64,000 nucleotides of DNA, taken from Nageia nagi. Lineage: Eukaryota > Plantae > Pinophyta. This document shows positions 13,171-24,691 of the stretch, one piece after another. The notes beneath the pieces are model-generated. The model had not been told where the DNA came from, did not search any database, and saw nothing but the letters and a program-made list of their open reading frames with translations. Where the stretch lies: NCBI GenBank assembly GCA_050084985.1, contig JBITNC010000002.1, positions 5,208,001 to 5,272,000 of the forward strand, in the 5' to 3' direction. Within the stretch, counting starts at the first letter, position 1; every line of letters starts with the position of its first letter. The translations under genes were made by a program, and so were the position numbers.

Positions 13171-13982
13171 ATTAGGGGTTTGGGTTAGGATTTAAGGGTT
13201 ATAACATTTCTATATGCATCACATGTAATGTACATACCTTGATGCCAGCCTTTGATGGTGTTAAGGTGCACATTGATGTAGCTTTAGAAAGAATAAAAAA
13301 TACAAAAAATATTATAATACCTTTTTTAATAATTAAAAAAAAATATAATATAAATATTATAATTTAAAAAATATAAATATGTAAAATTGGGTGTTTGGGA
13401 TTAAATGTTGGGGTTAAGGTTTAATGGTTAGGGGTTAGTGTTTAAGGGTTAGGGTTAAGGTAAGGGGTTAAAGGTTATGGTTAGAGGTTAAGATTCAAGG
13501 GTTAGGGTAAGGGGTTTGGGTTAATGTAAGGGTTTTAGGTTAGATGTTAAGGTTTAAGGGGGTTTAAATGTTAAGGTTAAGGGTAAGGATTGAAGGGTTA
13601 GGATTTAGTGGATAGGGTTTAAGGTTAGAGGTTAGGGTCAGTGGATAAGATTCAAGGGTTAGGATTTAAGGGTTAGGGTTTAAGGGTAGGGTTTAATGGT
13701 TAAGGGTTAGAGTAACAAGTTAAGGGTTAGGGTTAAGATTAAGGTAAGGGTTTTGGTTTAGGTATCTAGGGTTTGGGTTAGATGTTAGGGTTTGGGTTTA
13801 AGGGTTGGGGTGAAGGTAAGAGTTAGGGTTTAGGGGTTAGGATTTGAGGGTTGGGGATTACTGTTAGGGTTAAGGTAAGTGATTAGGGTAAGGGGTTAAG
13901 GGTCAAGGTTAGGATTTAGGGTTATGGTTATGATTTAGGGATTAGGGTAAGAGTTAGTTTTAATGATAACGATTAAGGTTAG
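13171..13982 (+). repeat. Left subterminal degenerate telomere-like array (G-rich on +)
   Basis: Short tract 13171-13200 and long tract ~13389-13982 of TTAGGG/TTTAGGG/TTAAGGG/TAAGG variants. Confidence 0.9.
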
Positions 13983-14754
13983 TGTACATGCACAAATATA
14001 TATATTTAGATATGGAATCATGTATAATGTATTATATGATTTAACAGTTAATGATAATCATAAGCTCATATATTTTTTAATATTATTACTACATGGGGGG
14101 ATTGATAATTGAGTTTGAAAGGAATTTTGTATTTTATTTTTAGTTCTTGGCATGGTAGTTAATGTCATTGGTCAAATGTTGATGGACATATAGTCTTCTA
14201 GAATTGATTTTCATTATATTTTGTTTTATTTTACTTGTAGTTCTTATATGAATGATTTTTTTTTTAATTTTAAAAATATTATAAATAATGAGTAATGATT
14301 TTTGGTTTTTTAAAATTTGATAATATTTGAATTAGTGGATTATATCTCTATATTGACCAAGCGAATTGATGTTTTCTCAAATGCGAAAGACATACCTTAT
14401 ATTCCTTAAAAGAGAATATATCTATCTTTAGATGATGACAAGTCTCCTTATATTCCTTAATCGAGGATAAATGTTTCATTAGATGAGGATGAGATGGAGA
14501 TGCCACCAAATCGACACATAAATTTCATTTAAGAAATTATATATGTAGAAATTTAAGATCATTTAAATTCTTACTTTGATGATATTATGTGAAATATTTA
14601 ACTTAATATTATGATTAATATTATAGGAAGAATCAATTTACCAAAAGAATGAAAATTGATTAAGATGATGATGATCATAAGGCAATTAGCATCAAAATTT
14701 AATTTGATTTTAGAAGTTTTATTAAATTAAATTGAAATAATTATATTAAATTAA

Positions 14755-15517
14755 AGTCAAATTCATCATATAAAGAGAGAACAAGATGAAGAGGGAAGAA
14801 CATGCAGAAGAACAAGATTTCATAGAGCAGTGTCACATATCATTGTAAATGAGGAACCATTTGATATACCATTAGAGATTGTTGGTAATAGTTCTTTTCC
14901 AAATCATCTACAACATTTATGTAACGATACATATGATCGTGAGGCATACGATGCATGGCCAATCGATAGACCTTTTCTAAAAGCTTTTGAATAATTAAAT
15001 CATTGTGGTGATTCATACATGATCAAACTTTAAGAATATTTGCATGGTGATGGCATGGGTTTATTTATATTGCCTTATGTACATGTTCATCATGATATCT
15101 AGTACCACCAACATTGATGTATTTTTGTGGATCAATTTACAAACAAGGTATTTGAAGATAATTATCATCATATATATACAATATGTCTAAATACAAACTT
15201 TATGGAAATGGTCATAGTGTAGCAGGAGATCAAATAAATTTTTTTTATATTGATGGTTGAAAAAAAATACATGGAAATATTTTAGAACACATAAACAACA
15301 CCAAAGGCACCACATACACACACACCCCCCTAATTGTGAATTTGTAGAATTTTAAAATGATCAAGAATATTGGATGTATAAAAAAATACGTAGTTATGTA
15401 GGTTTAGTTATTCTTAGAGATCTTTTACCTGGTTCTGAGTTATGGATCTACTACAATTACACAAAACATACTCTAAGATGTAAGGAATGTTTGGAGTCAG
15501 GATATCAAAATGCTTAA
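14755..15517 (+). pseudogene. SET-domain (lysine methyltransferase-like) gene inside the CACTA element, frameshifted; possible upstream exons at ~14330-14680
   Basis: Three-frame reconstruction. Frame 1: YMIKL*EYLHGDGMGLFILP (15016-15075). Frame 3: PTLMYFCGSIY...MSKYKLYGN...FFYIDG*KKIHGNILEHINNTKGT (15108-15311). Frame 2: PNCEFVEF*NDQEYWMYKKIRSYVGLVILRDLLPGSELWIYYNYTKHTLRCKEC...NA* (15329-15517). The SET motifs occur in canonical order. Confidence 0.8.
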
Positions 15518-15759
15518 TATTTGTTTGGATCTATGGATATATGGACATTGTTACTATTTGATGCTTAATATTTGTATGTATGTATGAAAAATAGATAATA
15601 TTACTATTTGATGTTCATATAGATATTGTTAACTATTTTAATATATGGATATCAATGTTTGTATGGATGTATGAAATATGGATGTTATTGATTTTATTTT
15701 TTTTCACTATTTTAATGGCTAATTTATATGTAACAACTAATTAATTAATTTTATAGGCA

Positions 15760-18700
15760 CACGAATATGCAAGAATGTCTTATACACAAGTCCAAAAAAA
15801 CATAAATAAGAAAAAAAAAGGGAGTGACTACACATGTATTAAGTGTTGATGCATATGAATAATTCTTTATAGACCCAAATCCAACAACTTATGTTCCTGG
15901 AGTCATGCATTCAGATACTAATAATAATGGAAGAGAGAATAATATTGCTCATCAAGATCAAAGTGCAATGAATGATTTATTTCATTCGGTCTATCCAAAT
16001 GCATATGATGATGTAGACATGAATCATACTTCTCATACACATGATGATGTAAGAGATGGTGATTAAGAAAATGATAGTATGTATAGTACTTCCAAAACTC
16101 TTTTATATGAAGAACCATGTTTATTCAAGTTATTGTAAACCCTAATTTTCATGAATTTAAAATCCAATTATGGATTATCAGATAAAAGTTTAACTGCTTT
16201 TTTGAAGTATGCAATATTTTTTGTTTCCCAATATTTTAATTTCAATGAATTTATATATTCATTTTTTTCATTTTTTAACAATAATTTTATTGCTTTATTT
16301 GGTATTTTCTAGGTTATCAAAAGCAAAGGTGTTTCCAAGAGATAATGTCATCCCTTCTTTGTGCAAAAATGCACACAAAATTTTTAACAATGTAGGAGTA
16401 CAGTGTCATTTATACCGTACCTATATTAATGATTACATATTGTATATAGAACCATATGAAAAATTAACTATATGTCCAAAGTGTGGTGCAAATATAAATC
16501 ATTCAAGAATGATAGGGAATAATATTCCTTATAAGAATGTTCGCAACTTTTCAATCATTCCTAGGTTGTTACAAATATTTTAGTGTAATTCAATTGCATA
16601 ATATATTGATTGGCATGTAAAAAATAGAAGTGAAGATGGTATTTTATGAATTCCTATCAATTCTAAAGCAATGAAACATATAGAAAATATGTGGCCCGAT
16701 AAATTCTAAGACAAACCTAAGAGTATCAAATTGGTTAGCAATTGATGGTATCAATCCATTTTCTATAGACACATATAATTATTCATTGTAGCTTATTGTT
16801 GTTTTAATTATAACATACATCCATGGATGTCTATAAAAAAAATATTTGATATTGATTGTCTTAGTTCCTAGATCATATCAGGTGAAAAATATAGATGTTT
16901 ACCTTGAACCATTGATTGATGAATTGATGTAATTATGGAATATAATTCAGAGTGTGATTGATATAAGTAGACCTATCCAATAGAGGTCATTCATATTATA
17001 TGACATCCTATGTTGGATTGTACACGACTATTTAGGACTTACTATTTGTTTAGGTATTTATATATAAAATCTTTATTACATTTGCATGTATAAAAAGCTA
17101 ATATATCATAAATATTTGATTTTATTTTACCACATGATAATGTATTCTCTAATAAAAATTATTGCAAGTATTCATACAAAAGGTTATCATGCTTTTCCAC
17201 AATGTGTAGAAAATCTCACATCAAGATATTCGAAATACTTGTAGAAGATGGAATACCTTGGCAATAAAAGATGGAATACGCTTTTTGAATTTTGAAATCA
17301 TAGTTTAATGGTGAGGTTGACTACAACCCCACTCCCAATTACACATCTCCTATAGATTGGTGGGTAAAGCTCGAGGAAAGTGTAGAAAAATATTGAGAAT
17401 GAGTAGTTGAGGAAGATACTGTTGCAAACTTAGATAATGTTATTGTTCATGAATATGACTTACCTGAAGGTGAAATTTAACAAAATATACAAGTATATTT
17501 ATTTATTTGAAAAAATACATGTTTGTAATATTTTAATTTCAATATTTTATCAATTAAATGATTAATTTTATGCATGTTTTCAAGCATGAAGACTATCAAT
17601 ATGGTATAAACATACATAGTGGGAGGAATTATTAATGGCACATTTATTAAATCCTATGCACATTGTAAAAAATGTTGCATCTTTTTTGTATCAATATATA
17701 ACAAGCAAAGATTCAGATAATCCTATTATGAAAAATGATTTAAAAGATACCAATACAAAGCATTCCTTATGGATAACTCATAATTCAAATGGATCAATAA
17801 ATGTAACTGATCCCTCCACATGGATTATGACCAAAGAACAAGTGACCATGCTACATAATGTTTTTCGAACCACTAAAATACCAAGTGGATATGGATCATC
17901 TTTAAGAAGAGAATTCACAATTGATGGTAAGATGACATGATTAAAGTATTATGATTATCACAACTTCTTAAAGGTATTATCATATTACATGTTTATAGAA
18001 ATATTTAAATTTATATTAATATACATTTTATTCAAAATATAGTGATTAATATATGTTGTGAAAAACTTTTGATGGTATTATATTTAGAATATTTTTCCAT
18101 TTGCAATCCATGCATGTTTTAGTTTACCTTCTAATATCTAGAAGACATGTAATTGATCGACTATCAATGTTTATAAGGCATCATGTAACATTTATATACT
18201 AGTACTATTCTATGAAGAAAATAACATGTGTTTATTGTTGTGTTCAAATTTTAGCTACATTTTGACATGTAACGATATTATATTTTCATAAACAAGTGAT
18301 TAACTTCAAAGGAGATACATGTGCATAAAATACATAGATGGCATAGAGAAAATACTAAAATTATATGTAAATCTGAAAATGAAATGTCTAATATTTTTAT
18401 GGACATACAAGTGTACTTATTGATCCATCTAGTAGATGATATTGAAATAGTAGGTGTTATTAGTGGTTGAGATATATTTTTTATGGAGATATTTTTGAAA
18501 GTACTAAAAGCATTTATTAGACAAAATTCATGATCAAAAGGATCTATAGGTGAGGGATACATTGTACATGAATATAAATTTTATGCAAGTCAATATGTTT
18601 CTCAAATCCATAATTTTTCCTCAAGGATGTGCAATGCAGACAACTTAGACAATTAGAAGGGGAGGTTTTAGAAATAAATGAGATAGTATATTCTCTTGTA

Positions 18701-19655
18701 GGTAACAATATTTGAGATTTTAGTAATTTATAATAATATATATGTACATGCATTTTGGATTGAATTTAATCAATGCATACTAACAAGTACGTATGATGAC
18801 ATCATAATTTACAGATTGTGATAAATATCAATCTAGAAACCAATTTATCATGATGAATATGGAATGTTGTAAAGTGTGAATTGAATTGTACAATAGTAAA
18901 AGAAATACAATTCCAAGAGAATGTGCCTTGCTCCGTAGTGTAAATCCAAGGGATCTTCTACCTTCACATCTAAGAGAGGAAAATTTGCCAAAAGAGTAAG
19001 GTCATGAATTATGCAAGCAATTGAAGAGAAGATGCATACAATATAGCTATTGGATGCAATAAAATAGTAATTATTATTTTATTCATTTGCATATAATTTT
19101 GTACATTTTTATAAGACTTTATTAGCTAATTAATATAAATATAATGATTGCACTAATAATATTTTGATGTAAATATGTGTAGGTATTGCATTTCCCTGTA
19201 ATATGGGCATATGGTCAATACATCATAATTGAAAATAATGATGAAAGAAGGAAATTTGATTATGGAGTGATGGTTTAATTTGAACAAGCAAGTCATCTAA
19301 GTACAAAAGATACAAACTAGATAGAGGGAAAATTATAATATATTGGAAAAATACAAGAAATTATTTGATTGGATTATAGATCATTCTAGTGTGTAGTATT
19401 TGAATGTAAATGGTTGGAAGGATTTAATAGAAGAACAACCTTGTATGATGAACCCAATGGTTATCGTTCTATTGAATCAACATGATATTTTCCTAAAGAT
19501 AAAGAGTCTTATATTTTACCATAATATTACAGTCAAATATTTTTCATTCTAGATGTATTGGATAAAAAATGGTGGTTTGAAATTAGTTGTAATCCAAGAG
19601 AAAAATATATTGTATATCCTATTGATGAAGATGATATTAAGAGATTGTATCGTTA
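15760..19655 (+). pseudogene. CACTA Tnp2/TnpD-type transposase (Transposase_21, DUF4218 and DUF4216 regions), intron-containing, decayed
   Basis: CPKCG...IIPRLLQIF; IDGINPF; KNIDVYLEPLIDELM*LW; WIVHDY; HLLNPMHIVKNV; LKYYDYHNFL; MDIQVYLLIHLVDDI...KGSIGEGYI; YIGKIQEII*LDY...VVFECKW...ESYILP...QIFFI. AT-rich intron-like gaps separate the blocks. Confidence 0.92.
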
Positions 19656-19886
19656 AACTATAGAAATATGTTTTGATGTTATATTATGATATATTGAATA
19701 TATCTAACCATCAATATATTTTCATTTTGAAGTTAAATGAGTTACTTGAATTTAATATATTTTTATGTACCATTATGACACACCTACTACTTTTTGTGAT
19801 TATAAAAGTTTTTTAAAGATTTATTTAACTTTTAAAATATATTTGATTAATACATTTAATGTATTTGAAATTAATATATTTAAATT

Positions 19887-20790
19887 TAAATCCTAAACCT
19901 CTAAAATCATAAACCTTAACAACCTAAACCCTAAACCCTAAAACCTTAAAACCATAAACCCTAAACCATAAAACTCTAAATCCAAAATCTTAATCCCAAA
20001 ATCACTAAAACCTTAAAACCCTAAACCTTAAACCCTTAAAACCCTACAACATAAACCCTTAAAACCATAAAGCTTAAAACCATAAATCGACCTATATCCT
20101 TAAACCCAAAATTCTAATCCCTAGACCTTTAAAACCCTACCTAAAACCTAAACCCTAAAACCCTACACCTAAAATCCTAATACCTAAACCCTAAAATAAT
20201 CATCAACATCCACCTAGTACAATGAATGCATTGGTTATTACATGTGAGAGAATGATTAACCTTTCCTTATCATCTGTAATAGAATAAAAATATGAACTTA
20301 TAATAAAAGCAATTACATCACTATTTGGGGTAGAGCATGCTTTGCCAAATTGGGGTACAATACATTGCCCCATGCCATGATCAGGTTATCTAGAAGAATT
20401 CCCATAAGGATAGAACACTATATTTTCTCTCTAGAATAATGCCCATAATGTTAACATTTTCTTTGATGATCAAACCACAGTCCATTCATTGAGCCTCTTC
20501 CCTTTTCATGGAAATAAAAATGTTATAGCAAAAAATACATCCAAATTAGGCAATTCCAATGATGGTATACATTATATTTAATATAAAAAGGCCCCATGGA
20601 AGGTATTTCAAGTGCTATCTTGGTTTCAAGTTCTAAATTTTTTATGGGTTTATGCATTACAACCCTTAAACCTCTAAATTACCCTACAACCCTAAACCCT
20701 TAAAATCCTAAAATCCTAAACCATATACCTTTAAAAACCTAAAATCCTAAACCATTAAAAACCTAAAATGCTAACCCTTAAAAATCTTAA
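19887..20790 (-). repeat. Right subterminal degenerate telomere-like arrays (C-rich on +)
   Basis: Long tract ~19887-20195 and short tract ~20660-20790 of AAACCCT/AAACCTT/AAACCAT variants, including several perfect AAACCCTA telo-boxes. Confidence 0.9.
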
Positions 20791-21179
20791 ACTATTATAG
20801 TTTTTTAAAAACACTCATAAATTTTTACGCCAGCATCAGAACAAACCAAACTAGTTTAGTGGTGGGATATATCGTCATACTTAGCATAATTTGTAACATC
20901 ATATTTTAATTAAAGTACATCAAACATGATATCAAACAAATCAAATATTTTGTCAAACATGACATCAATATAACGTTGTTTAACCGTCATGGGTCATCAA
21001 ACTCAATGTCACTAAATACAAAAAAAAATCATTGATACACAAGTAACATTGTTTGACATTATTACATTTAGAATATTGTTTGGATATCCTTAATGCACAC
21101 CCTGATGCTAAATGGGTTTTGTGTTGTAGTGATCCATGTATCTAGTCAAGAAGAACTTATCATTTTTCTTATACTCCAT

Positions 21180-22932
21180 ACCATAACTATATGTACCATA
21201 TATGTATCTCAACATATATTTAGTCGCTATCCAATGTGCTTCATTTGGTTCATGTGTAAATATAGAAATATAGTTAACAATATAAAAATATCTAGATCGA
21301 TATAAGTAAGGTAAATTGATCCTCCAATTGATTGATGGTAGAGATTTTCATTTACTAGTGGAAAATTATCATGACCTGAGATCCATGTAGTCTATGAAAT
21401 CGCATCTACATTATGTATCTATTTAAATTTTTTTTTAGCCTTTTATATATTTTCACACATTGTATACACATCTATTACGAAATTTACATCCTTAACAAAT
21501 GGCATAATATGCTTCTAAAAATATTGATATTTGTAGAATCTATTGCAAACTTATTGAGGAGGTTGGAAAGGAAAATTGATTTAGTTGGAATACTATTATT
21601 GTCATTTTATCATATGAGATAGTTTCAATGTTTGTCAAGGGAAGTTGTGTCTTTGGTAACCAAGAATTATTATATTCCATGCGCAGATGTTAAATTGTTT
21701 AACCATCCAATTAAAATATTAATGGATGACTGTTGAATTTATGTGATTGACATGCATGTAGATAAGTCGATATTAGAAAAAATCTCATGGAAGATTGTTT
21801 AAAACCCACGAGAACTTGATAAACAATTAGGTTAATAACTTCATAGATCATTTAAAATATGCAAGAACTTGATAAATCATCAGGTTAAGAACTTTACTGA
21901 TCATTCAAAACTCAGGTTTAGGTCATCCTTAAATATTATGAATTATCTAGTTTACTATAACATAGTAACATATTACTCTATCTTGTTATCATGCATAGAT
22001 GAAAGACACCTACAAATTCCTCAATTGTATGAGTGAATAAGACTTCTCATGAAATATAATAATTTATGGTATATTGTATATCCCAAATATGATATAATAG
22101 GATATAGTTTTTCCTTTAGGTGTCCTCATTTCAAATGTGTGGAATTATCTTGTTTACTTGATAGATCATCACTAATTCAGTAATCGGTTCAAATATTTTG
22201 ACCAAACAGATCATTACAGTCTCTTGCCACTAAAGTGATCCTTGGCTCAATTTTCATCGTGCATAACCATGAATCATCAGGACTTTTTTGTAATATGGAA
22301 GAATGTGTAATGTGTACTACTATTTGTTGGATGTTGCTAATAGTTATACCAGATATTGGTGGCTATTTAGTTGATGATATAATTTTTATTTATAATTTCA
22401 AGGTTAAAGAGGAAAAATCTTATTTTGAAGTTAAGGTTATTTAAATTAGATTTCTTAAAATTTCTTTATATGGGCCAACTATGTGATCTTAAATAATTAA
22501 AAATTAGTTCAAATTTGGGCTATTAAAGTGTAAGGCAGATCCCTACAAATTCAAAAAAACTAAAGTTGGGAGTTTGAAATATTCACCTATTTAGGATGGA
22601 TCGCCTCTATTATTTCTCTTGCTTATCTATAGATTTTGAGTTATCAATTTAATTCTTTACTAATGAGATCATTCCAATGGTAGAGACGAAGTCCAAGATC
22701 CTCTTATTGGATAAGTTCAATAGGAAGGTTTTAACATATTTGTTGTATTATTTCAATGAAATTTGAAATAAATCTAAGAATAAACCCCATTTTGTAGTTA
22801 ATTCTATATATAATAACAATTTTTCACTCCAATTTGAAAAAAAATGCTATATAATATTCTTGTTTACTTTTAATTATATTACATTATTTGAATGTAATTA
22901 TGACTTCTACAATCATTATAATTTAGTTATTT
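21180..22932 (+). repeat. Long inverted repeat, left arm (~1.75 kb)
   Basis: Colinear reverse complement of 34500-36201, from ccataactatatgtaccata to tataatttagttattt, with many substitutions and a ~50-bp indel near 22590-22640. Confidence 0.9.
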
Positions 22933-24360
22933 TCATTTCATAAGTTTAATTAGGATGAATAGATATAATTGATTTCTATTTCTATTTTATTTCTAAATAA
23001 ATAAATTTCAAATATCTATAATGGATAAATATGGATAAGGTATCAATTTATGAATCTTTGAGTAATCATGAGACATATTGGGAATCTCTATCAAACTTAA
23101 CTATTTAATGAATCTTCCTTCTAGTGGGTTTATAGTCTAGCACATGTAAATCCAACTTAATTTGATGAGCCTAGTTCACTTAAACCTTAAGGTTTGCTTA
23201 TGAATTAGAGGGATATTTTGCCAAAAATCACATGTATACTATTAAGAAATAGTTATTTTTAAGCATGATAAACTAAAGGGTTAAAAATAGCTACAAAATA
23301 ATGGTTACCTATATTTATCTTGTTTATCTATAAGAGAGTTCAGACTTGATCACTATCAAGAATTATTAACATCCCCCACTCCACCTGTAATAAGTAAGAA
23401 CCCTCTCAAACATCTTCTCTTTTGTAGGACCTTTTATATTTTCATTTTTTTAAAGCTAACCTTCATAAGTAATTGCAAGAACAAAGGGTACTAAAAAGGG
23501 TAAAAATAAGGCACACTAAGCTCATAGCACCCATCATCATTATCACTATAATCAAGGAAGTGTCATCAAAATGAATAATATATATATTTTAATCACTTTG
23601 GAAACATAGTTTGAAGTTTATCCACCATATCTCCAAAGGGGCCACATAGTAAACACCTGAATTTTATTTTTGATTTAATAAAAATCTCAAATTTAGATAT
23701 TTGCAAATAATTGATGAATTGGAGGGTGTATTACTAAAATAAATGCAAATTTCAAGAATCAAGGTCTACTAGTTCAAGGTTATATTATTTTGACATGATA
23801 TGAATAGCAAGTTGAATCTCACTACAAAGTATCAACTAATTTGATTATGAACTTATCTAATGTCTTCATGATCAATCTTTCTTAAGGAACAAGCATGAAA
23901 CAATTCATATCTTTTATTTTTGATACGCTACGAGCTAACCAAGATAGGCAGTGTGAATTTTACTTGCCATTTAAGATATTACAATAATCTTATTATAAGT
24001 TTGAAGTCATTTTGTGTCGAAGCGAATATTTTGAAGCCATGTAAGAGAAATTGAACCCTATATTTAAGGTGTTATGATCATATCACATCTTTTGCAATTT
24101 TTATGAGGTTAAAATAAATAAAGAAGAGGATTAACATTGAACATGTCTAAACTCTATAGTATTGTGATTAATTCCATTCATAAAAGGTTATAACCTAATA
24201 TAATTGTAAAATTTGATACAAATTTAGAGGTTTGTTATAAAATTTATTTGTCTTTTACTTATACCAAATGTATATTTTTTTAATCATTCATTCATTTATA
24301 TTTTTATTTTATCTATTAACATATAGAAAGAACTTCATCATCATCATCAAGATTGATCAA

Positions 24361-24613
24361 AGTCAAAAAGTAAAACTCACATCACAACATTGCGTGGATA
24401 TTTTCTTTTGTTTTATTGAGAAATATTTATGCGATATTTTGAGATAGGCCCCTTGTACTTAAAAGTGTTGAAATTTAATGCCATCAAAAACGATAGACGA
24501 ACGACTTTCGGAACACACGTTAAAATTGACTTGACTCAATTTTAACGTTAAAAGTCAATTTTAACCGCAATCCTTCTGGACAGTTTGACACGCATCCGCA
24601 GAGTCCATATATA
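24361..24613 (+). promoter_or_regulatory. W-box cluster and TATA-like box upstream of the receptor kinase
   Basis: TTGACT at 24526 and 24531, AGTCAA at 24361 and 24553, TATATA at ~24608, about 80 bp before the ATG. Confidence 0.6.
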
Positions 24614-24691
24614 CAACCCTTCCCCTGTTTCCTTCCACGCATTATAGAAAGTTGTAATTCGAGCGCTGAACATTCTCTGTTCACGTCCGTG

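Larger units (their letters stand above)
12710..21131 (+). mobile_element. CACTA (En/Spm) DNA transposon with both termini present, decayed
   Basis: CACTACAA at 12710 and TTGTAGTG ending at 21131, with imperfect inverted similarity over ~40 bp. Subterminal short repeats and an internal Tnp2-type transposase are present. The left flank is GAT; the right flank gives a GAT TSD only if one G was lost (GTAGT-GAT). Confidence 0.9.

Noticed and set aside
13171-20790. Head-to-head telomere repeats as an ancestral chromosome fusion site
   Set aside because: The arrays lie inside matching CACTA termini and flank a transposase, so they are better explained as element structure.
21413-21622. Short ORF open in both inverted-repeat arms (also 35756-35944), with IEEVGKEN in another frame resembling hAT transposase
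   Set aside because: Under 70 aa in AT-rich DNA. The hAT-like motif is not followed by VVQxxTDN and is not kept in the other arm.
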